A stretch of DNA of 64,000 nucleotides from Octopus sinensis (lineage: Eukaryota): the NCBI RefSeq assembly GCF_006345805.1, contig NC_042997.1, positions 98,146,001-98,210,000 of the forward strand. The letters are read 5' to 3'. Below are positions 15,130 to 29,229 of the stretch, piece after piece (the stretch's first letter is position 1; every line of letters starts with the position of its first letter). The notes beneath the pieces are model-generated. The model did not search any database and had not been told where the DNA came from. It saw only the letters and a list, made by a program, of their open reading frames with translations. A program made the position numbers and the translations under genes.

Positions 15130-15530
15130 GTTCTTGGAAGAGATTTGGCAGGCATTTTCATTTGAGGCCTCCTTCTGTTTATCTACTTCTTTCTCGATTG
15201 TTTGTCATAGTCATTATACTTGTCATTTAAAACTTATTTTACAAACTACCTCTGCTTCGTAATAATCTAATTGTTAGAAATTTTCGAAGAATTTAATTGC
15301 ATCTCCGATGATCGATTTACTGCTTTTCTTGTCATCGTATTTCCTAGTAGTATCGACACGATTTTTATTTGCATTTCAAAGATAATGTCCGATCTTCTAC
15401 AGTAGTAGTAGACATTTGTCACCATCTCTTCTGAAATTCAGAATCGTTGAGTGTCTGATTTATGGTACTGTAAATGGTGACTTTATAGCAGTTTCTAATG
15501 TTGCTATTGTGCCAGTTCTTCCACGTTTTA
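15130..15530 (-). pseudogene. Possible highly decayed RTE-type LINE C-terminal fragment
   Basis: Weak minus-strand resemblance (YKVTIYSTINQTL; RRRPQMK) to RTE C-terminal motifs; many stops. Confidence 0.25.
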
Positions 15531-16003
15531 GAATTACAAAAGTGGAAATCAATCTTCGTAGTTTTCAACGGTAAGTTAAAACTGAGAAGATGCTAACCAT
15601 GAAAGGAAAAGCTTATACGTTAAATTAGAGCATTAGTGGTTGAGTATTCTACATAAACGCGTACCCTTTGCGTAGTTCTCTGGTAGAATCATCGTCGTAC
15701 ATTGACAAGGATTGCTCTTTGTATTGCATGAACAATCTATCCGACTGGCTTCCAAACATTTTCTATCTATCCACTTTCACTTACAAAGGATACTCGTTTA
15801 ATATATCACACCGTAGGATAGTTCCCAGGAGCTTAGGATTGCAAAGGAAACTTCTTATAGTTGTATTGGATATATATGGAAATCCTGCGTTATCTAGGTA
15901 TATATTTTTGTATGCAAGAAAAAGGTATAGTCTAGCTGAAAACGTTGGTTCTATTGATAACTTGTTATAAAAGCTTGTTCAAATTATATTTCACTAAATC
16001 AAG

Positions 16004-16069
<66 letters not shown>

Positions 16070-16256
16070 TACTATTACTACTGCCCCTTTCATAGTTTAC
16101 TCCCAAAAGATGCAAGGCAATTTTGGTCACGAAGAAATCTGAACTGAGAATATAAAGGACCGTAACTAAATACCGTAAGACATTTTCCGGACGAACTAAC
16201 TAACTGTCCTGACAGGGAATTGCCCATTATTATTAATACTAAAAACTTTTGTTTTA

Positions 16257-16450
16257 GGCAGCGAGCTGGTAGAATCGTTAGCACGCCGGGCAAGATGCTT
16301 TGCGGCATTTCGTCCGTCTTTACGGTCTGAGTTCAAATTCAGCCTTTCGAATTTGACAAAATGAATATCAGTGGAATGCTGGGGTGAATGTAATCGACTT
16401 TCCCATTCCCAGCACTTGCTGGCCTTTTGCCAAAATTTGAAATCAATATT
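16257..16450 (+). mobile_element. SINE family 2 copy with internal deletion
   Basis: ggcagcgagctggtagaatcgttagcacgccgggc...ctgagttcaaattc: tRNA-like head with A/B-box-like motifs. Confidence 0.85.
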
Positions 16451-18799
16451 TTAATTTTTTTCTTTCGGTGTACTATTATGTGTTGGTTATTCTTTCCTGC
16501 ATTCAGCCATACAATATTTGGTACTACATTATTTCCTTATTACGAAAATGTACTTCTCAGACAAGTGATTTAATGTGTGATATTATGTTGAAATTAACAC
16601 AGTTGTAGCGTGGAAGAATTGGTCTCTGACAACGTTACACTGCAGTGTAACGTTCACTGTGACTAGTTCGCAGTGACGAGCGACAGAAATGTTGACACCT
16701 ATTACAAATAATAAATGTTTAAGTGAAGTTAAAAATCATTGTGCGTTTCAGAGCGGCTAACGTGTGTCTTCCAGACAGTATCATTTCCCTAGTTTTCCTT
16801 AGATTTAAAAATATAAGCATACGCTTTTAGAGAGATTTTGTATCATTGTTAGCATGATGTGTGGCTGTGTAGAGGCTCCCTTACTTGTAAGCATCAAGTC
16901 GTAAAGTTCAATGACTCCCGTATGTGTGCCTTTTCCTACGAATAAAGCTTGTTTTACACGAGTAAATGAGGATAGCAAACGGCGACTGAAACTTTTCCTG
17001 TAATTTGAATACACTCTATTTGGCATCAGCGTATTTCCTTATTTTATTCTTTTCGTAATAAAGTTAACCATAACTTATGCCAAAGATGAAATTATATTAA
17101 GCTAGTTGCAAGCTTTAGTCGAGAACATTAACGATATGAGCACAAATGAAGTGAAGCTATTAAAACCAGCTAGTCAAACTGTGTATACATTATCGGTATT
17201 AATTCACGATGTCTTGTATATTACAAAGAGTAATGAAAGAATAAGTTTTTAAAGTGATATGTACTCTTTTTTGGTACAACTTCCATCAATTTTTGTACAT
17301 GATGACTATAGCCAGCCAATGAGATATTGGGTTTAAACTAACTGATTGATTTTTGTATATTTCTCTTCTTCGATCTGAAAGGCTACTCGCATGTATGGAC
17401 TTTCAATAAAAATAATAAAAAATTCGAATCAAAAGAGCATGCAAGTTTCTTAGCGTGGGTTCTTAAGAAGTTTCACTATAATTTTATATGTGGGATATTT
17501 TTTTCAATTACACATATACAATCATATAAAGACATATACACCCAGTCACACACACGAACGTATGTAGAAATAAGATACGAAAGCATACACACACTTTTAC
17601 ATATGTGCAACAACAAAAGCAACAAAAGCACAAATACCAACAACAATGACAAACATCCATCGTTAACTACAAAAGAAAAACTTTGTCTTTGATTTAAGAT
17701 TTGTTATTTGGATGACTTGAAAGTCAAACCAAAGCAAAACAACAGAAAAAACGTAATTCTACAATGAAAAATTTCATTGATTTTTAACAACTATTTTTCC
17801 AAAAAACTACGATTCAAGTATTTTTTATAGATTATTTCTACCAATTTTATTTCAAGCATCTCAAGTTTTTGCTTCATGCAACAAGATGAAAGTATGCCTC
17901 ATGCTGCACTACCTTTTTGCCTTTTTTTATATGCATGTATTTTTCTGTTACTATGGGTAAACTGTGTCGGCATTTCAATTCGTGAGTCCAATTTATATTA
18001 TTACTTTATATATGTAGTCGCCCTGTCCGTAATCACTTCTCATCTATGCAATGTTGATAAATACTTCCTGCTGTTCCTCACCAAACACCTGAATCCATTT
18101 CATCAGTTCACAGATAGATATTCGAGCATATCATAATCATGTTGATTAGCATTACCCGTGAAATTTCTTTGGTTATTTTCAAAATTGTGAGATGGTTGGA
18201 ATTTTATCGAGAATCATGAAATATATAATTTCTTTTGAAATACATATTGTTTGAAACATTTGATATTTTAGATGGTGTAGAAGTCTGAATATGCCGTAAT
18301 AAATGTGCACTCTTAGGAGACAACATCCCGAAAGCTATAGTCCTTATCTCTTCTATCTTGTGAACTGTTATCGATTGGATTTCACTTTACGTCATGAAGT
18401 AAACAATCTTAACTATATAACGAAATCAAAGATACAATCTAGCGATGATATCATTCTGGCACTGTACGTCTACATTGGTGAAACTTTAACAAACAGCAAT
18501 ACATTGTATTTTATCCTTAGTTTTGTATCAGAAAAATGTTCTTTTGGTTAGATCTCAGTAAATGTAGTAGCTATCTCACTGAGCTGTGGATTCGAAAAAT
18601 ACTTATCAATAATGTAAGCAAAGGTATCTCTGTATGGTTCAAAATTTTGCATCGACATGAACAACAAATCCCACCCGCTTCAAGGTGGTGCCAAGCATGA
18701 TCACAGCCTCATGAGTGAAACGGGTAAATTAGTGATGTTACTTGTCTTTTCATATATACAACAGTTCTAATAATTCATTGATGCCGTTTAAGTTGGAGA

Positions 18800-19300
18800 T
18801 CTTGATCTAGTTTGTTTTTCGATGTATATTGAATGATTACGAATACATTTAAGACAAACGTTACCTCTTTCAGTTGTTGCACATGAAGCATATGAGGGAT
18901 ACCTACTGGATTTTAGATATGAATGTTGGGACTACACAGAAAAGAAATCTTAAGCAGCATCCAGAGTAGCCCCAAGTTATCTCTGATCAAGACGCCCTAT
19001 GAAGAAAGACATTCCAGCCGAGACCATCCCGACTTTTTCCTACTTTCAGGAAAAACAGGACCACATTATCCACTGTGGTCCTGGGTTCAATAGGGGAGAT
19101 GGGATTCGGAGATTTGGCTGCCCTTTCTAACAGATCGAAGAATTGTGTAGATAGGCCTTCATTTCTTATCGTTAGTGCAAGTGATCGCAGGCAGAAAAAG
19201 ATCATTCTCATGAAGCCCAAACCATAGCAGGTAGAATAATAAAACAAGTTACTAAATAAATCATAATCCTCATAAAGTCGAAACTGCGGCATGGTTTCAG
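18800..19300 (-). pseudogene. Possible very old PLE remnant (post-RT region to GIY-YIG)
   Basis: Weak: IRNEGLSTQFFD resembles L..NGYP..FI, and IYIEKQTRSR resembles YIGQT.R. Confidence 0.25.
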
Positions 19301-20278
19301 TTTAAAATAGACAACTGTGCGAAGAACATAAACATCACATCACATCATTGACTCCCTCCTTAAACTTTATCTAAATCTTTAAAAAAAATTATTTTAACGA
19401 TCTCCATAGATCAAGATGTAAGAGTTTTGTGAGTGAGAATAGGGGTTTCATTACCAGATTGTGTCAATTTTCTATTCGCCAATGCTATTCGTCGAAAACT
19501 TTGTTGTAGTACATGCAAATTGAATGAACAAGGGAAAAACAAAAACAAGAAATTCGAGAACGAAAAGACGTTGAAAGTTAATGTAAACTTGAATTGCGGA
19601 AAAAAAGTCTCTCATTCACAGCATTATATACCTACAATGCAATAAGAACTATAACGGCCAAACAGGCCAAACGCCCCATACCCGTTGCGGAGGAGTACTC
19701 CGCAACAGGTATGGAGCAGCACACAAGTGTGCCACGAGACGATGCTAGGTGTGCCGCAGAGTAACATGAATATAATTTTCTCCCAATACTTTTAGTTATT
19801 TTTTTAGTTCTGGTGTGTGATGCCAAATTTTGAAAAAAATGTGTACCGCAAGTGAAAAGAGGTACATAAGCAACAAATTAACGATTTATTTCGTAGAAAC
19901 ATTCCATGTAGTGAACACCTAAATATTTATGCTAATGCAAAATTCGAAATATTCTCTTTTTCAAAATAAAGGTAGAAAATTATCAACTATGAATGTCAAA
20001 AGACGAATACTTTATAAGAATTCGAAATCCGAAACTAAACTGAAGATTGGCAACACCACTAAAAACAACTACCTCTATATTGATTAACTTATATCAAATG
20101 TCTCACAAAATTCAGAAACAGCCAAGATCGAAAATACAACACGGAAACCTACTTCCATACTGTTTGTGTCGATCTGTTAGTTTTAGATATTTTTTATAAA
20201 TAATTAATAATTCTCATTGTGACTATCAGGAATCTTTTTCTAGAAACTTTTTTATACAAACTTACATAATATGTACGC

Positions 20279-20318
<40 letters not shown>

Positions 20319-20342
20319 AATAATAATAATAATAATAACAAT

Positions 20343-20410
20343 ATGAGGGAATATTATACCAAACTTACAGGGAAAAATTAAATTTAGAAATACTAAATCA
20401 AATTTCATAA
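20343..20410 (-). mobile_element. PLE-type terminal fragment (same family as 42222 and 53825-53960)
   Basis: ccaaacttacagggaaaaatt..atttag is shared with 42228-42260 and is the reverse complement of 53910-53950. Confidence 0.6.
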
Positions 20411-20429
20411 AATATTATATATATATATA

Positions 20430-20600
20430 GGCGCAGGAGTGGCTGTGTGGTAAGTAGCTTGCTAACCAACCACATGGTTCTGGGTTCAGTCTCGCTGCGT
20501 GGCATCTTGGGCAAGTGTCTCCTGCTATAGCCCCGGGCCGACCAATGCCTTGTGAGTGGATTTGGTAGACGGAAACTGAAAGAAGCCTGTCGTATATATG

Positions 20601-20631
<31 letters not shown>

Positions 20632-20840
20632 TTTTGTGTCTGTGTTTGTCCCCCTAGCATTGCTTGACAACCGATGCTGGTGTGTTTACGTCCCCGTCAC
20701 TTAGTGGTTCGGCAAAAGAGACCGTTAGAATAAGTACTGGGCTTACAAAGAATAAGTCCCGAGGTCGATTTGCTCGACTAAAGGCGGTGCTCCAGCATGG
20801 CCGCAGTCAAATGACTGAAACAAGTAAAAGAGTAAAGAGA
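20430..20840 (+). mobile_element. tRNA-derived SINE family 1, full length, inserted in (TA)n
   Basis: GGCGCAGGAGTGGCTGTGTGGTAAG head, GGTTCAGTC B-box-like motif, internal microsatellite, LINE-like tail and AGTAAAAG repeats. Confidence 0.93.
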
Positions 20841-21036
20841 TATATATATATATAAATTAGAAAAAAATATATACGTTTTATTTGTTATTTTGCACATTAC
20901 TTAATCATCGTTATATGTTTTATCTTATAATTTAATCTTTCTATAATATGTAATTTTCTGGATGGTATAATTTAATTTTTCTAATTTATGATAGGTGTTT
21001 TTTTCTAATTTATATATATATTTGTGTGTGAGTGTG

Positions 21037-21129
<93 letters not shown>

Positions 21130-21944
21130 GTCTGTCTATCTACTTATACACACACACATATATATGGATATAGATAAATAGATAGATACTTACGTGTCGT
21201 TAGTTTACTTGTTTGGTTCAAAATGTTCACTTCCCATTGGGGACTTTCTAAAGGTTTGAGATGCTGATAAGTTCGAGATGTTGAATTTGTTATCATCATT
21301 AATATGCTTCATCTCCTTCTCCAGTTTGTTATTTCTTTTTAGTAAAGGTAAACAGCTAGTCTTCTTCAAAAATATATTAATAGAAAATAACATAAGATAT
21401 AAGGAAGAAAAAAATAATTAGATAAACAAAAATGAAAATTCGCAAAAACTATGAAAAAATTAAAGTATGTTTTTCAGTGATCCAAAGGTTTCCTGGCATT
21501 TGCTTGCGTGCTATGTCTCAATAGAGTATTTCAGCTGTCTCTCAAAGTGGACATGGAATTACAAACTTTGTCGTAAAAATACCAAGACAGAAAGAAATAA
21601 CATATACATATCAAAATATAGCGGTAGGTGAATAAAAAAAAAAGAAGAGACTTTTTAACAGACGTCAAGAAAGTTTATTTCTTTTTTCCTTTTGAATAAG
21701 AAAGACTACACAAATAAAAATACTACACAAATATTACAAACAAAATAAGTGTACAGCTATCTATCAATCCATCTGCCTACACATATGAACACTTACATTC
21801 ATACACGCACGTACGCACACACACGTATACACACGTGCCCGCACACACACGCACACACACGTATACACACGCGCCCGCACACACACGCACACACACACAC
21901 GTACGCACACATGCAAGAATGTTCATATATGTCTTTTATCTTTT

Positions 21945-22310
21945 TATCTTTTACATATTGTCGTCATTTGCCTGTGGCCTTGCAAGGGCACCACCTCTAA
22001 GATATTTTGTCGAACAAATGAATGCAAGAACTTTTTGTAAACCCAGTACTTATTCTTTCAACCTATTTTGTCAAACACTCCAGGTTACGGGGGCAGAAAC
22101 ATGCCAACACCGGTTATCAAGCGGTGGTGGAGAACAAACATAGACATAGGCGTAGGAGTGGCTGTGTGGTAAGTAGCTTGCTTACCAACCACATGGTTCG
22201 GGGTTCAGTCCCACTGCGTGGCACCTTGGGCAGGTGTCTTCTACTATAACCCCGGGCCGACCAAAGCCTTGTGAGTGGATTTGGTAGACAGAAACTGAAA
22301 GAAGCCCGTC

Positions 22311-22376
<66 letters not shown>

Positions 22377-22810
22377 ATATATATATATATATATGTATGT
22401 ATGTGTGTGTGTATATGTTTGTGTGTCTGTGTTTGTCCCCCCAACATCGCTTGACAACCGATGCTGGTGTGTTTACGTCCCCGTAACTTAGCGGTTCGGC
22501 AAAAGAGACCGATAGAATAAGTACTAGGCTTACAAAGAATAAGTCCTGGGGTCGATTTGCTCGTCTAAAGGCGGTGCTCCAGCATGGCCACAGTCAAATG
22601 ACTGAAAAAAATAAAAGAAAGAAAAGAACGATAAAGACACACACACACTCACACGTATATAGTACGGGGCTCTTTAAATTTCTGTCTACTAGATCCCCTC
22701 AAGGGCTTACGTCAGCCCCGAGGCTATAGCTCAGGTTCCGTGCAGTGAGACTGAACCCAGAATCATCTTGTTTGGAAGAAAACTTCTCACCGCACAGCCA
22801 CGCCTGCGAC
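21945..22810 (-). mobile_element. Old diverged SINE family 1 copy, split by a younger SINE
   Basis: Degenerate tail and body at 21945-22146 and degenerate head (actgaacccagaatc...gcacagccacgcctgcg) at 22630-22810, both minus strand. Confidence 0.7.
22149..22627 (+). mobile_element. tRNA-derived SINE family 1, full length (young)
   Basis: Near-identical to 20430-20840 apart from its microsatellite length. Confidence 0.93.
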
Positions 22811-23324
22811 TATGTGTATATATATATGTTCACACGCATACAAACACGCACATACACACACACATGTTCACACATACACTCATACACACACGTACTCATA
22901 TAAGTTCGCAATTATGCTCATGCAATATATATGTGTGTGTGTGTGCGTGTGTAATGCAAAATATATATAAAATAAAAGAAGGAAAACGCACACAGTTTAT
23001 ATATTTTCAATATATTTGTAAGAGATTTTAAAAGTGAAAAGGTATTTTATTTGTCAACCGGTTTCACTTTCATTAATCATGACATTGAAAATATTACAAT
23101 TTCGTATTTTCTTAAAAAGATATCAGTCCATATTGTGTATGGGAGTTTGTGTATAAAATGAGTCAACATGTAGAAATATCTAAGGGGAGGTAATTGGTGA
23201 TCGTTATCATTCGGGACAGGGGAGGTAATTGCTCATATTTTGGGGATGGGATAAATAAATATGCAAGAACTCAAAAGCTAAAGTAGTGAGATGAAGTATT
23301 TACAGTGATGCGTTTGTGAACATG

Positions 23325-23620
23325 AATTAAAATATATACTGAGACGAAAGTTGGTTCTGCGTTGATATTTAGGCGTCTTCTATATTTTTCGATAAATAAT
23401 TTAAAAAAATGTAAACGTTCTTGTACAGAAATAGTTTCTTTGTACTGGTAGATGGGAAAAACTGTGAAGTTTGGTTGGATATTATCTGCACACCTGTTTA
23501 AATGTTCACTCAAGTGAATCTGTGTGTATTGTGGGAAACATTGATTCTAAATAACTGTAACCCTTAAAACGCCGACCAATTCAGGTAAACCTCCACATAT
23601 TTTTATAAATCGTAGGATTA
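23325..23620 (-). pseudogene. Decayed PLE GIY-YIG C-terminal fragment
   Basis: SEHLNRCADNIQPNFTVFPIYQY...KLFIEKYRRRLN aligns by eye with QHIDTCANKKT..FRIFPLYQF...NLFITKYKPLL of the 8.4-kb PLE. Confidence 0.7.
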
Positions 23621-25280
23621 AGGATCATCGTTAAGCCTATTGTTACTCGAGTGAATTTCTTCAGAGCTCACGCTAGATGCTTTTAACTCTCTACATTTTC
23701 TATACCACAAATCGATAGATATGTAACAAAACAAAATACTTATATCCTAAAACGCATCCAATAAATATACTTAAAAATTTAGTATCATTGTATCTAAGAT
23801 TGTCCCATCAATCTGGAAACAAGTAATTACTCATGCTAGTAACTCAATGGTATTTTATCAAAACGCAGGTTTAACTTGAAAACATATTTTGTTTGGGACT
23901 TGTGAAAACGTTACATTTCTTTCGTTAAACTTTCTATTTATTAAACCCCTTAAAAGGAAAGATCGACAGATGCTAGGGAGTGAATATAGTAACAACAGTG
24001 GATATAAAAATTAATGATAATTCCGAGGAGAAAAATATAAATTTTATCAGGAAAAACCGTGCATGTTATTAAAATTATTAAAATAACTATGTTCACAATT
24101 AAATCAGTTATCATTCATTGCCTGTATGAATTAATCGAAAGATTATAATAATTAAAAATATATCCAACTTTATATAGATAATAATACTATGTTATAGACA
24201 AGATAACCTCAAGAGAAGGTATATCATAAGGGATAAATAATGGTCATTACATATTATTTTATTGTAGTAAATTCGACTTACATCTGTTTCTGATGATCAT
24301 TATAGGTTCGTTCATTCATCGGTTTACTCAATTGATCGGTTGAGAAAAATTGAACGATCTTGGAGAACTAATACTGTCCTTATCACAGCTATAGTGTTCT
24401 GATGAAAAACAGAGCTGAACAATAATATTTGATGAGTAATATTATAAAGTTCCTTAAGGCTTGTTATTATTTTCAGGTGGATAATTTTAAGAGAGCAAAG
24501 TTTAACTCGTTCTAGCTAGGTATTATAATAATAAATTTGATCTATGTAGGAAAAATACAACAAAACATTAAAATACATATGATATCAAAATATATCATGT
24601 ACAATATATCTAATTAAAATTAAAGAAACAACTATTATAAAGGTAAAATATTCGGTGTATAAAAAATATAACTAAAATATTACATACAGTAATGTAAAAT
24701 TAGTTGGCTGAGTAATTTATAAAGTATTAGATGCTAAGTTATAATTTTCTGGATGGTATCGTAAGATGATTACTGGAAGAATATTATTTTAGAGATTAAA
24801 AGTAATATTTCAGAGGATAATATAAAAACAAGAATAGAATAAAACAGCAGCAGCAACAACAACAATATAATTTGAGCTCGATAATCCTTAAAATACATAA
24901 TTTAACGATACGTTGTCGACAAATTTATTGAATATTGTAAGAATTTATGCTTGTTAATTATAGTGGGTTATATATGATACAAGGGTTGCTGAAATGTTCT
25001 TGGCTTTAAGGGCATCACGAAGAGCCTGGTTAGTGGCCCAACCTTCGGAGTTCTTTTACAGGGCTTATAAAAACTGAAGGACCGCTAAAATAAGTGCGAT
25101 TCTGAGAGGGAAATATGTTGAATAAAATCATAATCAACTGATACTCCTGTATTTTCTTTTACCCAAAGTCAGGAACTTTTGAGCACACCCCCGTAGGCGA
25201 AATTTTAGAGCACAGACAAACGTTCCTTGCGGAATATATTTAGTGTTTGTGTGTGTGTGTGTTAGTGTGTGTGTGAGTGT

Positions 25281-25557
25281 TCTTGGATGTCTTTAGTGGA
25301 GATTACTCTTTTGAAAACGTTTGCAGTGGGCCTCTGGATTGAAGTTAATTTCTTCCCCTCTTCCGACCAATTTTGGTATGTGTGTATGTGTTCTAAGTTC
25401 TTCGGCAGCACACTTTATCCTTGGCCATGACTGGCAAAACCACCACTATCGTCTGTTTCTTGGATGCCTTTAGTAGAGATTAATCTGTTCAAGCGTTTGC
25501 AGCGGTCGTCTGGATTGAAGAACACTTCTTCCCCTCTTGCAACCAATTTCGGTGTCC
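25281..25557. repeat. Two diverged ~100-bp direct repeats (25281-25380 and 25458-25557)
   Basis: tcttggatg.ctttagt.gagatta.tct...cgtttgcag.gg...tctggattgaag....ttcttcccctctt...accaattt.ggt in both. Confidence 0.85.
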
Positions 25558-27679
25558 CTGTAGAAGTTAATTTTCCGAATAATTGCTAAAAATATGATGG
25601 CCTAAACCATCATATTGCACTCATACTTTATGAGTTAACATTTAACCTCTTCCTGTTAATACATGTAACTATTCTACCATCCGTTATTGTATTTCCTTTT
25701 CTTAATTTCGTTGAAAATATAATATTTTGTTCGTAAATACATTCTACTTAATCTTTCGCCGATACTGTCGCTCAAGTTTTGCTTTATATATGTTTCTCTT
25801 CATTTTGTCACATATCTATCCCCACATACACTGTCTGTCTGTTCCTCTTTCTATATACTTAATATAGTTGTGTCTTGGTTGTAACCCGTTTCAATTACGG
25901 AAAACACTGGATCCCAATAAGTTTACGAAGTCTAAACTTTGAATAAATTATTTTATTCCGCTCTATTGAACGGTATTAGATATGTTTTTCCTCGTTTGCA
26001 TTTATAAACATAAGACGTTACGAGATTATGCTTCGTAACTCAAGCGAATATGAATGATGTAAATATATATTTACAAGGCTGATTAAATCACAACTTAAGA
26101 TATTGACAATTAGATTTCATTTATATCCGCTCTAAATAACGTAAAAATAGCTTTAACATTATGCATCACATAGATTTATAGACGCTCAAAATCAACACCG
26201 TAAAGCATGGTAGAAAAAAAAAACATCTAGTCATCTTCAAAATAGTTGTAATTGTTTTTGACGCTGTTTGGTTCAAAGTCACTTGCGATGATGCAGAACT
26301 CTGATCAGATGTCCGGTTTTCAGACTGTGCATTTAAGAAAATTTAATCCAATATCTTATGCTTTTTAAGATGGTAGGGTGTTAATTAATGGTTTATGTGA
26401 TTGCTATTTCTACCAGACTGATACAGATAATACAAGTATCTTCTATATTATTATATAATTATCAATCGGGTCTTATGTCAGTACTAATTTCACTCATGTT
26501 TTCATGCAGTTAGTATTTTTATTGCTTTTTTAATGTTCTCCTTTTCTACACAAAGTAATAAATATGCTTTACTTAGTAATTCTTTCATCAAAGATTCACT
26601 ATTTACGGTTAAGACTATCCCTCACCACAGAGATCAAAATAAAACATGTCCTTATCTACCGAATTTGCCGGAAAAATTAAACTGATATAAGTTGACAAAT
26701 ATTAATTTGTTTTTAGTTCACTGCAGAATGGTTTTCAGTTAGCTTTTTATTGATCTTACATAAAGTTTGTTATTAATGGAGCTTCGATCATTCACTTCAT
26801 CGATGACTATTGTACTATTATCTCTAAATGAACTGGATATGTGATATCTTACGTGTTATTATTATTTACGATGAAGGGGGTCTACCAACACATGTACTTC
26901 TGTAACTGAACCCAGTTTTCTCTGTAATTAAAAAAATTTTATTAAATATGTTCCTTTTATTGACTGATTATATTTCATGGATTACGATGAAAGTTTTCTT
27001 CCATAAGTACAACTTACATCATTTTGCTTCACTGATAAATGCCAAATCGGATTTAACAGGCGTTTCTTGTCAATAAACCCCATCGAAGTTTCAATGCTTA
27101 ATTTCTAGAGCTCCATTAATGATAACAAACTTAGGTTTGTGTAAATTATTATTTTCGGGCTATGCCTCTTTACTATTTTTATATTCTTTTAGAGTATTAA
27201 AGAGGCATAGACTGAAAATAATAATTTATACAAACCTAACTACGAACAGTTTCCTAGATACTGCTCCTGCTATGAGCACATGCAATCGTTACTCATGCAT
27301 ATAGAAACTAAATACAATTTATCTGCTAAATAAAAAAAAATTTATAGATTTCAAAACAGTATAAAATTTTACCTTTTCATCTACCTAAAGCTGCGTAAGT
27401 CCTTATAATACCAAATGAGAACCAGGAATAAGTAGCAGTTCACTTTGTTATCTTGTTTCTTAGGATTCACTCCACCCCAAACCTAAATGAACGCATTAAG
27501 GGCAATTAAAATAGTTAGTAGATGAATCGTGGGCTTTATGTAAAGAAATAACCGATATGTATATACATACACACACACACACATATATATAGGTATATAT
27601 ATGTATATATATATGTATATATATATATATCTATATATATATATATCTATATATAGATATATATATATATATATATAAT

Positions 27680-27717
<38 letters not shown>

Positions 27718-27741
27718 TATATATATACCTTTATATTATGT

Positions 27742-27776
<35 letters not shown>

Positions 27777-27811
27777 GTATAGTATATTATATATATATAT
27801 AATATATATAT

Positions 27812-28032
27812 AACGGGAAGGTTTCTAAAAAATAAACAAAAGACGAAGGCAGGTGGAGTACAAGCAAACAAATGTATTAGGATGACGCTCAGGGAAAAAA
27901 TAGAACAAGTCTTTTACGTTTCGAGCCTACGCTTTTCGACAGAAAGATACACAGAGAAGAAACAAGGAGAGAAACAAGGAGAGAAACAAAGAGAGAAAAA
28001 AATGCGTGTAAGAGCTAACAGTCTGTCATGGC
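27812..28032 (-). mobile_element. Solo PLE-pLTR-like unit with hammerhead-like motif, embedded in TA arrays
   Basis: Homologous to 47973-48100 and 49070-49203. Minus strand reads ucuuu-CUGUCGA-A-AAGC(guag)GCUC-GAAA-CG-UA-aaaga at 27947-27910. Confidence 0.65.
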
Positions 28033-28046
28033 ATATATATATTGTG

Positions 28047-28091
<45 letters not shown>

Positions 28092-28151
28092 GTATGTAGT
28101 ATATATATATGTATGTATGTATATATTTATATATATGTATGTATGTATATA

Positions 28152-28184
<33 letters not shown>

Positions 28185-28295
28185 ATATATATATATGTAT
28201 GTATGTATATATATATATGTATGTATATATATATATATGTATGTATGTATGTATATATATGTACGTATGTATGTATATATATAGGTATGTATGTA

Positions 28296-28326
<31 letters not shown>

Positions 28327-28604
28327 TATATATATATATGTAAGTATGTATATATATATATGTATATATATTATATGTATGTATGTATATAATATGTATG
28401 TATGTATGTAATATATATATATGTATGTATGTATATAATATATATATATATGTATGTATGTATGTATATATATATGTATGTATGTATGTATATATATATG
28501 TATGTATATATATATATATGTATGTATGTATATATATATATGTATGTATGTATATTATATATATATATGTATGTATGTATATATATGTTATATATGTATA
28601 TATG

Positions 28605-28636
<32 letters not shown>

Positions 28637-28642
28637 TATTAT

Positions 28643-28673
<31 letters not shown>

Positions 28674-29182
28674 GTATGTATATATATATATGTAGTATGT
28701 ATTATATATGTATGTATGTATATAATATGTATGTATGTATATTATATATATGTATATATAGTATGTATGTATATATATATATGTATTATGTATATATATA
28801 TATGTATGTATGTATATATATAGGATGTATGTAATATATATGTGTGTGTATGTATATATATATATGTATGTATATAATATGTATGTTATATATATATATG
28901 TATGTATATATATATGTATGTATATATATATGTATGTATGTATGTAGATATATCGATGTATGTATGTATTATAATATATATATGTATGTATGTATGTATA
29001 TATATGTATGTATGTATGTGTATATATATATATATATATGTATGTATATATATATGTTGTATGTATGTATATATATGTATGTATGTATATATATATATGT
29101 ATGTATGTATGTATATATATATATATGTATGTATGTATATATATTATGCATGTATGTATTAATATATATATATGCATGTATG

Positions 29183-29229
<47 letters not shown>

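Noticed and set aside
20430-20510. SINE heads as tRNA genes
   Set aside because: A/B-box-like motifs are present but there is no cloverleaf, and they run directly into SINE bodies.
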